A DNA stretch of 64,000 nucleotides from a virus: positions 21,807 through 85,806 of IMG/VR virus record IMGVR_UViG_3300045988_144274. One strand, 5' to 3'. The position numbers were made by a program, and so were the translations under genes. Below the pieces are notes generated by a model. It saw only the letters and a list, made by a program, of their open reading frames with translations, was not told the origin of the DNA and ran no database searches. Positions 49,825-60,044 of the stretch are shown piece by piece. Every line of letters begins with the position of its first letter. Position 1 is the stretch's first letter.

Positions 49825-50914
49825 GTTTAATAAGAAAGATTTTTTAAACGCAATAAAGACAGGTGGTAGTTTCTCTTCCAAAAGAACTCCATTGCCAATT
49901 TTGCAATCTGTTAAAGTTCAAATAGTCGATAATACGTGTTGGTTGTTATCTTACAATGACAAGAATGCGATAAAGACCCATTTCAAGTTGGAAGAGTCTT
50001 ATAAGAATATCGAGTTTTGCATAGACAAGGACGATATTGAGAACTATGTTTCTCTTCTGATGGAGGATTACTTTGATATAGATGTAGATAATGAGAAACT
50101 GAATGCTATTGTCTCCACACCAAACAGTACGATGAATTTTCCTTTGCATGATGTAAGAGTATACCCTACATTGGCACAGGAGGTTAATTGCGATACATTT
50201 ACATTGGATGCTAATTTGCTTGGCTATTGGATTCAAAAAGGTATGCCATTATTGGAATATGATGAATTTCAGCCTAATAACCAGCATCTTCATTTGTTTA
50301 TAAAAGACAATAAGGTTGATGTATTTGCTTTCAATTTTGATAAGATGTACCATGATAGCGCATATATTGACTACGAGGGAGAACTGAAAGTATCTATAGA
50401 CATGTCGGCTTTTGCGGCTCTGCGTAAGGCGTTATCAAACGAACAAAAGGTCACTATAAAAAATGGAGAAAAGAATATCATTGTAATAGGAGACAATTCA
50501 ATGTTGCTTATCCGCAAATATGACTTCAAACCATTGGACTTTTATATGTTGCTCAAATATCAGCCATTGTTTGAAGTGGAAATAGACAAAAAAATATTTC
50601 ATTCTATTGTATCAAGAGCAATATATGTACAAGATGATACCAAGACAGGAACAATGACTCTTAATTTTGATGAAACTGGAATCACATTTGTCTCGGAGAA
50701 TATGGAGTTAAATAAAAAATTAGAGGAAAGAGTTGAAGTTGTAGGAGGAAAAGAATTTAAGCAGACGTTTATCCTGCAAAAGTTATTGCTAGTCCTAAAC
50801 TCTATATCTTCTGACAAAGTAGTCATTCGCCCATGCGGACAGAATGCGCTATTTGAGATAGGTAATACTGAATATACAACTGAAAGTGGATATATATCCC
50901 CTTGTAGAGATTAA
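49814..50914 (+). CDS. dnaN: DNA polymerase III beta sliding clamp
   Basis: 366 aa. N-terminal MRIKFNKKDFLNAIKTGGSFSSKRTPLPILQSVKVQI matches the DnaN pattern. Length typical. Confidence 0.7.
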   Translation: MRIKFNKKDFLNAIKTGGSFSSKRTPLPILQSVKVQIVDNTCWLLSYNDKNAIKTHFKLEESYKNIEFCIDKDDIENYVSLLMEDYFDIDVDNEKLNAIVSTPNSTMNFPLHDVRVYPTLAQEVNCDTFTLDANLLGYWIQKGMPLLEYDEFQPNNQHLHLFIKDNKVDVFAFNFDKMYHDSAYIDYEGELKVSIDMSAFAALRKALSNEQKVTIKNGEKNIIVIGDNSMLLIRKYDFKPLDFYMLLKYQPLFEVEIDKKIFHSIVSRAIYVQDDTKTGTMTLNFDETGITFVSENMELNKKLEERVEVVGGKEFKQTFILQKLLLVLNSISSDKVVIRPCGQNALFEIGNTEYTTESGYISPCRD

Positions 50915-51013
50915 AGATATTGATTCAGAAAGTGAAATGGAAACTAAAATGTTAATTGCAGCTCTTGTCGCAATGAAAATACACAAAAGGTTGGAGGATT
51001 AAAAATAAAACTT

Positions 51014-51021
51014 TATATTTG
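51014..51021 (+). promoter_or_regulatory. -7 promoter box TATATTTG
   Basis: In the gap after dnaN. Confidence 0.35.
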
Positions 51022-51067
51022 TAATCCTATCCCTCACTTGGGATTATTACAATCATGAGTAATTGAG

Positions 51068-51103
51068 TAAGCCGGAAGCCGCCTATTATTCCGGCTTATT
51101 TTT
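51068..51103 (+). terminator. intrinsic terminator
   Basis: TAAGCCGGAA-N11-TTCCGGCTTA followed by T5. Confidence 0.7.
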
Positions 51104-51153
51104 CACCTCGTGTTGTTGCAGGTAAAACATATAACATTATAAATAAATTGGAT

Positions 51154-51294
51154 ATGAAAAAGAAATTAGTAAAAGTATCAAATTACGCTCATGCAACAGG
51201 ATTGTCTGCTGTTCATGTATATCGTCTCATTAAACAAGGTAAGATCAAATCAGAAAATATTGATGGAGTTATATTTGTTGTAAAGGAGGATTAG
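51154..51294 (+). CDS. excisionase/AlpA-like HTH protein (46 aa, below track cutoff)
   Basis: Hand-read ORF MKKKLVKVSNYAHATGLSAVHVYRLIKQGKIKSENIDGVIFVVKED. Confidence 0.5.
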   Translation: MKKKLVKVSNYAHATGLSAVHVYRLIKQGKIKSENIDGVIFVVKED

Positions 51295-51296
51295 TT

Positions 51297-52136
51297 ATGG
51301 CATTGAGGAATAATCCGTATTTACCTCTATATATACAGGATTTTATGACAGATGAAAAACTAGCAGAATGTAGTCCTCATGCAACAGGGGTATATATTCG
51401 TATAATGTGTCTACTTCATAAATGCGAAATATATGGAAAGTTTTTGCTTAACCAAAACTACAAGCAAAGTTCTAACCAAATTTTTAATTTTGCTTGTAAC
51501 TTTGCTAGACATTTGCCGTATACAACAGAAGAAATTGAAAGAGGCTTAATAGAACTTATTAATAATCATGTGTTGTATATTGAAGGTGATTATCTATGTC
51601 AAAAAAGAATGGTAAAAGACGGAGAAATAAGTCTAAAAAGGGTTTTGGCAGGTTCTAAGGGTGGAAATCCCAATCTTAAAAAGAGTAAAGTTTGCTTAAC
51701 CAAATCTCCAAGCAAAAGCTCAAGCAAAAATGAAGCAAAGCTTCAAGCAAACTCTGATAATGAAATTGATAATGATATTAATATTAATGATAATATAGAG
51801 AATAAGAAAGAGGGTTTAAGGGAGGGAGAAAAGGAGAAGAAGAAGAAACTAACTTTTTCAGAAGATGTCGAATATCTGTATTCTCTCTATCCATCAAAAT
51901 GTCCGAAGAGGAATATGGGGACTGGCAAAAGTTCTAATGACAAGAAGAAGCTGGAATCTTTGCTAAAAACGATGCCCAAAGAGGAATTGGAGTTTACTAT
52001 AAAATCCTATGTAGAAGAAAGTTTAAGAAATGATAGTTTTTTGAAGAATTTTTCTACATTGCTCAATAACTTGCCGGACATGGGATATTTGAAAGAACAG
52101 CCAATCATTAAAGCTCAAACGAGCAAATATAGATGA
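51297..52136 (+). CDS. DUF1376-family replication-associated protein
   Basis: PYLPLYIQDFMTDEKLAECSPHATGVYIRIMCLLHK. AGGAGG upstream of the ATG. Confidence 0.55.
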   Translation: MALRNNPYLPLYIQDFMTDEKLAECSPHATGVYIRIMCLLHKCEIYGKFLLNQNYKQSSNQIFNFACNFARHLPYTTEEIERGLIELINNHVLYIEGDYLCQKRMVKDGEISLKRVLAGSKGGNPNLKKSKVCLTKSPSKSSSKNEAKLQANSDNEIDNDININDNIENKKEGLREGEKEKKKKLTFSEDVEYLYSLYPSKCPKRNMGTGKSSNDKKKLESLLKTMPKEELEFTIKSYVEESLRNDSFLKNFSTLLNNLPDMGYLKEQPIIKAQTSKYR

Positions 52137-52168
52137 TTGTTGATTATTAATTCAAAACGAATAAATAT

Positions 52169-54271
52169 ATGAATGAACCAATGATACGTAAATGGTACGA
52201 TATATTCAAACATAACCATGAGCTTGTTGAGATTCGTATTGTTGACAATAATAAAAAAGGCACATATTCAGGATATTTTACGGATATTGATACTCTTCTT
52301 AATGCTATCAGGCGTTATGATGATTGTAATATTTATTTCACTCTTAATTCTATATTAGATTCATGTTATTCACGTGAACAGAGAGATAGAATAGTGACTA
52401 GACCAAAATCTACAACATCAGATGCTGAAATTATTGGTAGAGATTGGTGTTTGATAGATATAGACTGCGAGAAGCCATCTGATACCAATTCTACTGATGA
52501 AGAGAAAGAAGCTGCCAAAGCTGTAGTAAATGATGTATTCAAATTTTTAAGAGATGAAGGATTTACTAAACCAATTGTTTGTGACAGTGCCAATGGCTTT
52601 CATCTGTTGATAAATATGAATATGGCTAATACTCCTGAAAATACTCAAACTATGAAGGATTTTCTACAAGTATTAGATATGCTTTTTTCTACAGAAAAAG
52701 TAAAAGTAGATACAAGTACTTTTAATGCTAGTCGAATATGTAAATTATATGGTTGTTATAGTAGGAAGGGGAGTGATACACCTGAACGACCTCAACGTGA
52801 AAGCAAAATATTAAAAATACCTGACGAAATAAAACCTACCCCAAATGAGTTTTTTGAAAAGGTAGCCGCCATGCTTCCTAAGCCGGAACAACCGAACAGG
52901 GCTAACAACTATCAACCGACTCAATTTGATTTACAGGAATTTTTAACCAAGTATGGAATAAAAGTCAGAAATATAGTAAAAACAACATCTTTTACTAAGT
53001 ATGTATTAGAAGAGTGCCCATTTAATAGTTCACATCGTGCGCCTGATTCAGCTATTTTTGAAATGGCAGGTGGAGGATTTGGATTCAAATGCTTGCATTC
53101 GAGTTGCAGCGGATATACTTGGAAAGATTTTCGTTTACATTTTGACCCTAATGCCTATACTAAATCAGACTATGTTGAATATCAAAGTAAAGCGCATAGA
53201 CCTTATTTCCATAATCGTGAAAAAGAGGAATTTGTTCCTATAGGTGAAACGGAAGATAAGGGGAAGAAATGGCTTGCGATGAAGGATATTCAATATGTGG
53301 ATATGAATAATATACCACGTATGCCTACTGGATATAGGGTTTTAGATAAAAATATCGGAGGTCTATTGTTTGGAGAAGTGACATTGGTATCAGGAAGTAA
53401 TAGCTCTGGTAAATCTTCTTGGTTGAACAATTTATCTTTGAATATAATCAACTACGGATATAAAGTAGCAATATGGTCTGGGGAATTAGTGGCTTCTCGA
53501 TTGAAAGGGTGGATTAACCAACTTGCAGCTGGAAAAAACTATGTCCAGAAAGTACAAGGGTATGATGAATTTTATTATGCTCCAAAACATATTTCTGACC
53601 GTATAGATAGTTGGACGGATGGAAAGTTATTCCTCTATAATAACAAATATGGAACACGTTGGAAGCAATTAATGAGCGATATTACAAATCTGATTGAATC
53701 TGAAGGTGTAAATTTAGTCGTAATTGATAATCTGATGACTCTTAACTTAGAGGATTACGAAGGAGACAACAATAAGAAACAAAGCCAGTTTATATTGGCT
53801 ATTTGTGATTTCGCTAAAAAATATAATGTTCATATTATACTTGTAGCTCACTCTCGTAAACAGACTGACTTCCTTAGAAAAGAATCTATTTCAGGTTCAG
53901 CCGATTTAACTAATGCAGTGGATAACTGTTTTATTATTCATCGTGTAAACAAGGATTTTGAGACACGTGGAAAAGATTTCTTCGGAACAGTTAGGATAGC
54001 TGAAATGCTTCAATATGGCAATGTATTGGAAGTATGTAAAAATCGCAGTTTCGGGAAGGTGGATTTGTTATGTGGAATGTATTATGAGATTGAGACAAGA
54101 CGCTTTAAAAATGATATTGCAGAAAATATAAACTATAATTGGCAAGAAGAACCCAAACCTGTTCCTCTTATACAGAATAGAGAACCAGAACGGGATTATA
54201 TGAGTGATTATCAACAATATTATTATGACGATGATAATGTGTTCAAGGAAAGAGATTATTGTCCATTTTAA
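52169..54271 (+). CDS. AEP-type primase(-polymerase) fused to DnaB-like helicase
   Basis: AEP motifs WCLIDIDCE (DxD), DSANGFHLLI and ASRICKLYG. Zinc motif CPFNSSH...FKCLHSSC. Helicase Walker A GSNSSGKSS and Walker B LVVIDNLM. Confidence 0.7.
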   Translation: MNEPMIRKWYDIFKHNHELVEIRIVDNNKKGTYSGYFTDIDTLLNAIRRYDDCNIYFTLNSILDSCYSREQRDRIVTRPKSTTSDAEIIGRDWCLIDIDCEKPSDTNSTDEEKEAAKAVVNDVFKFLRDEGFTKPIVCDSANGFHLLINMNMANTPENTQTMKDFLQVLDMLFSTEKVKVDTSTFNASRICKLYGCYSRKGSDTPERPQRESKILKIPDEIKPTPNEFFEKVAAMLPKPEQPNRANNYQPTQFDLQEFLTKYGIKVRNIVKTTSFTKYVLEECPFNSSHRAPDSAIFEMAGGGFGFKCLHSSCSGYTWKDFRLHFDPNAYTKSDYVEYQSKAHRPYFHNREKEEFVPIGETEDKGKKWLAMKDIQYVDMNNIPRMPTGYRVLDKNIGGLLFGEVTLVSGSNSSGKSSWLNNLSLNIINYGYKVAIWSGELVASRLKGWINQLAAGKNYVQKVQGYDEFYYAPKHISDRIDSWTDGKLFLYNNKYGTRWKQLMSDITNLIESEGVNLVVIDNLMTLNLEDYEGDNNKKQSQFILAICDFAKKYNVHIILVAHSRKQTDFLRKESISGSADLTNAVDNCFIIHRVNKDFETRGKDFFGTVRIAEMLQYGNVLEVCKNRSFGKVDLLCGMYYEIETRRFKNDIAENINYNWQEEPKPVPLIQNREPERDYMSDYQQYYYDDDNVFKERDYCPF

Positions 54272-54282
54272 AAAGAATTAAT

Positions 54283-54549
54283 ATGAATGAAAAAGCTAAA
54301 AAGTATATCGAGGATAATACTTTAGATTTGAATAAAAATGAGCGAATGGATACAACTGGATATGTATCTTTAGCGGTGTCTATTAGCAAAGCGTATGGAG
54401 CATTAGCCATAGTGGAAGATGATCTTATAGCAAAGGTCGCAGATGCATGGAATTACATGTCAGAAATGACTAGATTTGATATACCGACTGATATTATGAT
54501 TAAGGCAAAAGATATATTTATTTCTAAATTGTTAGAAGATGAAGAATAA
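54283..54549 (+). CDS. hypothetical protein
   Basis: ATG at 54283 avoids overlap with the primase-helicase. Track start is 54259. Confidence 0.5.
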   Translation: MNEKAKKYIEDNTLDLNKNERMDTTGYVSLAVSISKAYGALAIVEDDLIAKVADAWNYMSEMTRFDIPTDIMIKAKDIFISKLLEDEE

Positions 54550-54943
54550 AGAACATTGTTTTGTAAATCACATATATCCGAGAAAGTTATATGTAGTTAT
54601 AACGGATTCAGCTTTATTTTTAAATCAGCATTTTACAAATAGGGAATGTGATAAAGGAATTTCACAAGAAGAATTTGACAATAATAAAGCAATAACTTTC
54701 AGATGTACTTATTATGTAAATGGAGATTATGGAGTATGTGTTGCCTTTCATAAAAAGGAATATATGACTGTAAGAGAAATAGCACACGAAGCATTGCATG
54801 TAGCTACCGCCATACACAAGGATTTAGGAATGTCTATGGGTTTTGATATAGGAGAGGATGAGACTTGTGCATATATTGTAGGTTGGGCTGCCGATTGTAT
54901 TAATAGAGTTAAAACTAATAATTTTGATTATGAAAAGATTTAA
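54539..54943 (+). CDS. small HExxH zinc-metallopeptidase-like protein
   Basis: AHEALHV followed by GEDETCAYIVGW. Same architecture as 9930..10343. Confidence 0.55.
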   Translation: MKNKEHCFVNHIYPRKLYVVITDSALFLNQHFTNRECDKGISQEEFDNNKAITFRCTYYVNGDYGVCVAFHKKEYMTVREIAHEALHVATAIHKDLGMSMGFDIGEDETCAYIVGWAADCINRVKTNNFDYEKI

Positions 54944-55085
54944 ATACCTAGTAAAAGAATATTATTTAGATAATTTTCCTTCCTATGAACTAAATAATTA
55001 TGGGGCAGATGGTTGGGAATTAGTAGAAACAGTAAAGGGAATTAAAAAAGTAGCTTTCATTTTTAAAAAGGAATATGATGAATAA
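54930..55085 (+). CDS. DUF4177-like small protein (51 aa, below track cutoff)
   Basis: Hand-read ORF MKRFKYLVKEYYL...LNNYGADGWELVETV...FIFKKE. Confidence 0.4.
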   Translation: MKRFKYLVKEYYLDNFPSYELNNYGADGWELVETVKGIKKVAFIFKKEYDE

Positions 55086-55551
55086 GATCGTTTTTCTTGA
55101 TTTTGACGGTGTTATAACCACACTGAAAAGTAATTGGACTATTGATAATGAAAAGGTTGAGCTAGTCAAACAGATTTGCGATGCGACCGGAGCTAAAATT
55201 GTTATATCCTCTTCTTGGAGAAGATATACATTGGAACAGACTATTGAAGCTATTACAACGCAAGAAACAGTTTATGGTCATAATCCTTTTCCATATCCTG
55301 AATATATCGTAGGTATTACTTCAAGAATGTACGGCTTCAAACATGGAAATAGAGAAAAACATTATGGTCTATGTCGTGGTATAGAAATAGACCGCTGGTT
55401 ATGGGAACATGAAGATGTAATTAATTATGTAATCCTTGATGATGATTCAGATATGTTACTTTCTCAAAAGAAACATTTCATAAAAACTCATGCTCTTCGT
55501 GGTATATCTAAACGTGATGTTGAAAAAGCTATAAAAATTTTGAATAGTTGA
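55075..55551 (+). CDS. HAD-superfamily hydrolase
   Basis: N-terminal VFLDFDGVITT (DxDG) and later VILDDDSD. Confidence 0.6.
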   Translation: MMNKIVFLDFDGVITTLKSNWTIDNEKVELVKQICDATGAKIVISSSWRRYTLEQTIEAITTQETVYGHNPFPYPEYIVGITSRMYGFKHGNREKHYGLCRGIEIDRWLWEHEDVINYVILDDDSDMLLSQKKHFIKTHALRGISKRDVEKAIKILNS

Positions 55552-55561
55552 TATTTATATT

Positions 55562-55569
55562 TATATTTG
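55562..55569 (+). promoter_or_regulatory. -7 promoter box TATATTTG
   Basis: 20 nt upstream of the ATG at 55589. Confidence 0.4.
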
Positions 55570-55588
55570 TCCCAAATATGAGGCAGTA

Positions 55589-56119
55589 ATGATAGATTTA
55601 AAGCAATTTAAAAATAATGCAATCGCAAAAGGTTTGTGTGACAATTACACAAATCTATGGGATGATAATAAAAGCAAAAAGCAATTATTTGAGCTTGCTT
55701 GCGATGTAAACTCTATAAAGTACATGGCTAAGTCTCTTTCCGAAGGATGGGGGCTTAGTCCTGTTTTTATTAGTGACAAATTCAAAGCTTACATAAATGG
55801 TAAATATATATGTGAGTATGAGAATAAAAAAAGAGGTTGCTATACAAGTACAATGCTTTGTAATTATGACAAAGATGAGTTTTATGTAGACACAACATTG
55901 CTTTGTATCTTAGAATCTAAAACAACCTTAGATATTAAACCTAATCATATATGCGAGATATACGTTGCTGGAAATACCTATTTGGATATTAAAGTAGGCG
56001 AAAACAGCAAGGTATATCTTTTTGTTTATGGAGGAGAACCATTCATAACAGGTGATATAGATAAAGATAAAGTGATAATTAAAAGATATATAGACGAAAA
56101 GGAGGTAGCCAATGTCTGA
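55589..56119 (+). CDS. hypothetical protein
   Basis: Track ORF. Confidence 0.55.
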   Translation: MIDLKQFKNNAIAKGLCDNYTNLWDDNKSKKQLFELACDVNSIKYMAKSLSEGWGLSPVFISDKFKAYINGKYICEYENKKRGCYTSTMLCNYDKDEFYVDTTLLCILESKTTLDIKPNHICEIYVAGNTYLDIKVGENSKVYLFVYGGEPFITGDIDKDKVIIKRYIDEKEVANV

Positions 56120-56561
56120 TTATAAATGCTATATGCGTAGAGTCGATATTCTCGGTGAGCCGGAAAAAGATTTGGAAGTAGATTTCCCCGGTTTGATTTA
56201 CAAGGAATTTTCTGGTCTTGATTCTTATGGAAAAATAAAATCTGTATATACCGAAGAATTTGCAGAGACAGATGAACTTCAAGTATATCAGAACTCTACT
56301 CCTATTAGAGAAAATACTGATTTGACTTTTACATGCATATTTATAGGAAACGATAGAAGAAAGACATATCACTCATTCGTTGATTTTCTAAGCAAAGGGA
56401 AAATACAATATTGGGACAACATTAGAAAACGTAAAGTTACATTTATTTTAATTGAAGCTATTGAACCGTCAGATGACAAATTGTATGGTGGATCTCCATA
56501 CATTATGGCTTCTTTCAAATTGAAAAATATCAAAGGTCAAACAGATGCATTAGAAATTTAA
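56112..56561 (+). CDS. hypothetical protein
   Basis: Track ORF with AGGAGG upstream of the ATG. Confidence 0.55.
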   Translation: MSDYKCYMRRVDILGEPEKDLEVDFPGLIYKEFSGLDSYGKIKSVYTEEFAETDELQVYQNSTPIRENTDLTFTCIFIGNDRRKTYHSFVDFLSKGKIQYWDNIRKRKVTFILIEAIEPSDDKLYGGSPYIMASFKLKNIKGQTDALEI

Positions 56562-56572
56562 AAAAAATAATT

Positions 56573-57142
56573 ATGAGAACATTAGAAGAAGTAAAAAAAC
56601 ATGTTTATGAAATCGGCTACACAAATGAAGCTCAATTAAGAATTGCTGGATTTCTTATAGGTGTCGGTGTTAAAGGGGAATATGAAATTATAAGATTTAA
56701 AAATGGAGTAAATGAGTTTTCAACTTTCCTACATTGGTTCAATGATTCGCCTAGTGATTATTTTCGAAGGAAAGACGTTTTTGAAGATGAGTTTAAAAAT
56801 GAGAAGCCCAAATTAAAAGCCAAAGCTTATCAAAATGGAGAATGGGAAGAAGTCAATTTTGATGAAATTGTAAAGAGTTTAAAGGATTTCAAGCCTGTAA
56901 TTTGCGAAAAAGTTCTTTCAGATAGTATGCTTGAAAAAATAATGAAAGAACTAGGCATTGGAGATAATGATAACTCGAAAAAATCTAATAAATATAAAGA
57001 AAGAGAATTGTCTATTTTGGACTCTATGGGATTAGATAAAATAAACCCTTTGGCTTTATCAACCGAAGCATTGAAGGCTGTAAATAAGCTTTTACAGATA
57101 AGGAATGATTTAGCACGAGAAATTGATGAGGAAGTGGATTAA
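56573..57142 (+). CDS. hypothetical protein
   Basis: Track ORF. Confidence 0.55.
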   Translation: MRTLEEVKKHVYEIGYTNEAQLRIAGFLIGVGVKGEYEIIRFKNGVNEFSTFLHWFNDSPSDYFRRKDVFEDEFKNEKPKLKAKAYQNGEWEEVNFDEIVKSLKDFKPVICEKVLSDSMLEKIMKELGIGDNDNSKKSNKYKERELSILDSMGLDKINPLALSTEALKAVNKLLQIRNDLAREIDEEVD

Positions 57143-57680
57143 AACATATAGTCCATATATTATAATCGGTATCTGTTTAGTATGGATTGTTACCTCTTTT
57201 TTAGCTAACAGGAAACCTCATATTGAAACAGTTCATACAACAGATACCTTTTATATTACTAAATGGGACACATTGACAATAGAGAAACCGATATATAAAT
57301 ATAAAAAAGTAATAGATACTTTGATTGTTTATGTCAATGACTCAACCAATGTGAATCTTCCTATTGAGGAGAAATATTATTCCGAGACAGGAAAATATGA
57401 AGCTTGGATTTCTGGTGTTAATCCAAGTTTGGATAAAATAAACGTATTCAATAAAATAGAATATAAAACCGTAACGAATACTACAACTAACACCGTTTAT
57501 AAAGATGCTTGGAAAGGATATATCGGAGCTGATATTACAACATTTGATGGGAATGTAATCCCAAGCGTTAATCTCCTGTTTGTTACTCCTAAAAATATAG
57601 CTTTTGGAGGAGGCGTAGGAATTTATAAAAATAGTGCTGTATATAAAATAAATTTCAACTATTTAATATTTAAAAAATAA
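57123..57680 (+). CDS. membrane-anchored protein
   Basis: N-terminal TM segment YIIIGICLVWIVTSFL. Confidence 0.55.
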   Translation: MMRKWIKTYSPYIIIGICLVWIVTSFLANRKPHIETVHTTDTFYITKWDTLTIEKPIYKYKKVIDTLIVYVNDSTNVNLPIEEKYYSETGKYEAWISGVNPSLDKINVFNKIEYKTVTNTTTNTVYKDAWKGYIGADITTFDGNVIPSVNLLFVTPKNIAFGGGVGIYKNSAVYKINFNYLIFKK

Positions 57681-58288
57681 TGAGAACTAAAAGCAGAACA
57701 GAAGAATCATTGTTGGAGATGCTAATGTATAGTGGCGTTTCATCTCTTCCTGAACCCAACGATAAAGAACAGGTATGGGCTAGGGCGATTGTTAAGATTT
57801 TAAGAAAAAATGGACACATGGACTATGCTCTTGCATATCATGATTTTTTCGCATGGAATGAGGTAAATGTAACAAAAACATTGCCGGGATTAGGTATAGC
57901 ACATGAACTTGTGGAGATATATCCCTATGAATATTTGAAAGATGAATTTATCCCTGCCGTGGAAAATAAAAAGGATATTATAGATTTCATCTCTTCCAGA
58001 ACATCTGATGATGAAGAATACCTTAATGGCATGACGAATGATGATCTTAAAAAATATTTCTTCAATGTTTGCATTAAAGAACAAATTAGCAGAAATGAAT
58101 TTAAGAACAACATGAAAAATTATAAGCGTCAGCCTATAACCTTTGAAGAAGATTTAAAAGAAGAAACAAATAAAGAGGAGGAAAATGAACATGAAGAAAT
58201 TGGAAATGATGGAGAATCAGAAAGAAGAAGCGGTCAAGAAAACAGACAAACAAATAATAGAGGAAGGAAAAGCAAAGCTGAAAAGTAA
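57680..58288 (+). CDS. hypothetical protein with charged C-terminal tail
   Basis: Track ORF. Confidence 0.55.
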   Translation: MRTKSRTEESLLEMLMYSGVSSLPEPNDKEQVWARAIVKILRKNGHMDYALAYHDFFAWNEVNVTKTLPGLGIAHELVEIYPYEYLKDEFIPAVENKKDIIDFISSRTSDDEEYLNGMTNDDLKKYFFNVCIKEQISRNEFKNNMKNYKRQPITFEEDLKEETNKEEENEHEEIGNDGESERRSGQENRQTNNRGRKSKAEK

Positions 58289-58859
58289 GCTTGACGAAAA
58301 GATAGCATTACTTAAATCCCAATGTAAGGATGCGCATTTCTTCGACTCTATAATGGACGAAATCATATCTTTAAAAGGACAATATGATGTAGTTCCAACT
58401 AGAATCTTTGTACGTGAGGAGGATTTACTCGAAGAGTATGATTATGGGTCATTTAATATTTCAAGATTTACAACAGGAATTCTTTTTCAAATGACTGGTT
58501 ATTATATGTTTGTAAAACCGATATGTAGGACTCTATATGGACATTTAGATTTTCTTCTTGAATATAAATCTAAATATGATTCTTTAAGAAAAGAGCAGAA
58601 AGATATTTACGATACATTCTTTAATGCAACTATGGATATTCTGTTTACTCCTCCACTTTGCTTTATTGATGATCCTTATTATCTTGATATTGCTACATTT
58701 ATTTGTAAAAGAAGAAACCAATTATTTGAGGAATTAGGAGATACAAAATTACTTCCTGAAACCGAAGAAGATGATAAATTTATGGAAGAGGTTCAAAGAA
58801 TGGAAAAACTTAAAGATTCAGTAGATAAATATGTCGAAGAGCATGAAGATGGAAGATGA
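58185..58859 (+). CDS. hypothetical protein
   Basis: Track ORF with GAGGAGG upstream of the ATG. Overlaps the previous gene by 104 nt, so the true start may lie downstream. Confidence 0.5.
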   Translation: MNMKKLEMMENQKEEAVKKTDKQIIEEGKAKLKSKLDEKIALLKSQCKDAHFFDSIMDEIISLKGQYDVVPTRIFVREEDLLEEYDYGSFNISRFTTGILFQMTGYYMFVKPICRTLYGHLDFLLEYKSKYDSLRKEQKDIYDTFFNATMDILFTPPLCFIDDPYYLDIATFICKRRNQLFEELGDTKLLPETEEDDKFMEEVQRMEKLKDSVDKYVEEHEDGR

Positions 58860-59199
58860 TGCAAGACCACATGGGTTAGAAGCTATTCCGATTGAAATAA
58901 ATAAGGCAATTAGCGCATTAAATACCCAAGAGGGAGGTTCGCATTACAAAAAACTAGCAATAGAACCTGTTGAGTTTATATATGCAAATGATATACCTTT
59001 TATGGAGGGTAATTGCATAAAGTATCTATGTCGGCATAAGAACAAGAATGGGGCAGAAGATATAAAGAAAGTTATTCATTATTGTCAACTAATACTTGAA
59101 TTAGAATATGGCGAAGAAGGCGATTCGTGTCAAAACAAACACGAAGGTTGTACGTGCGCAAAAGGGCAATGCTCCTGTAAAACCTCAATTGAGGTCTAA
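58831..59199 (+). CDS. DUF3310 family protein
   Basis: GGSHYKKLAIEPVEFIYANDIPFMEGNCIKYLCRHKNKNGAEDIKKVIHY. Confidence 0.7.
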   Translation: MSKSMKMEDDARPHGLEAIPIEINKAISALNTQEGGSHYKKLAIEPVEFIYANDIPFMEGNCIKYLCRHKNKNGAEDIKKVIHYCQLILELEYGEEGDSCQNKHEGCTCAKGQCSCKTSIEV

Positions 59200-59290
59200 A
59201 GCTCCGGGTTTATTTACCGAGAAGATTGTAATTGCTGTTAATTCTAATAAAAAATAGCTGGATAATATTTTATATTATAAATATTAATAT

Positions 59291-59298
59291 TATATTTG
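59291..59298 (+). promoter_or_regulatory. -7 promoter box TATATTTG(CAT)
   Basis: 27 nt upstream of the ATG at 59325. Confidence 0.4.
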
Positions 59299-59324
59299 CA
59301 TATAATTTAATAAATAATGTAATA

Positions 59325-60044
59325 ATGAAAACAACAGTTACAATGAAGTCGAAAGACAGGGAGTTATTTGGAGTTACAATTAGACAAGATACTAAAAGTC
59401 AATTCTTGTCTGTGACGGATTTACAAGAAGCTTATACTCATGCTAGGATTGAAAAAGGATGGTCTGAAAAAAGGATTGAAAATATCCTTTCAAACATAGA
59501 ATCATCAGAAAGAGTGTTTTATATACTTGAAAAACAAGGACTTATAAAAACAGGATTTCCTGTTTTTATGGAAGAGGTTAGAAAAACGTCTCTTATAAAA
59601 GTAATGAAGAAGTATGGGGTATATAAAACAGTAGGTGCTAGGGCTAATAAGCATGTTTCATGTAATCCTTATATTTGGGTATTGTTAGCATTAGAACTTA
59701 ATCCTGAAATATATGCAACTGTAGTAATGTGGTTGACTGATAATTTAATTATTAATAGAATTGAAGCAGGAGATAGATACAATGAACTTTGTCGTGCTGC
59801 ATCTATTTTTAATAATGTTGATTATAGAATCATTGCAAAAGGATTAAATTACATTGTATTTAATGTACATGAAACTTTATTACGTAATAAAGCAACCCAA
59901 GAACAATTAAAAGAATTGGATGATTTACAAAAATCTTTAGCCTTTGCAATAGATATGGGTTATATTAAATCGTTTGAACATTTAATAAATGAAATGAGAC
60001 TGTTATATCAAAAAAAATGGAATAATGGAAAAGCTAATAGTTAG
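59325..60044 (+). CDS. hypothetical protein (possibly KilA-N-like DNA-binding)
   Basis: ATG at 59325 preferred, because the track start at 59232 overlaps the promoter. The KilA-N resemblance is weak. Confidence 0.5.
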   Translation: MKTTVTMKSKDRELFGVTIRQDTKSQFLSVTDLQEAYTHARIEKGWSEKRIENILSNIESSERVFYILEKQGLIKTGFPVFMEEVRKTSLIKVMKKYGVYKTVGARANKHVSCNPYIWVLLALELNPEIYATVVMWLTDNLIINRIEAGDRYNELCRAASIFNNVDYRIIAKGLNYIVFNVHETLLRNKATQEQLKELDDLQKSLAFAIDMGYIKSFEHLINEMRLLYQKKWNNGKANS

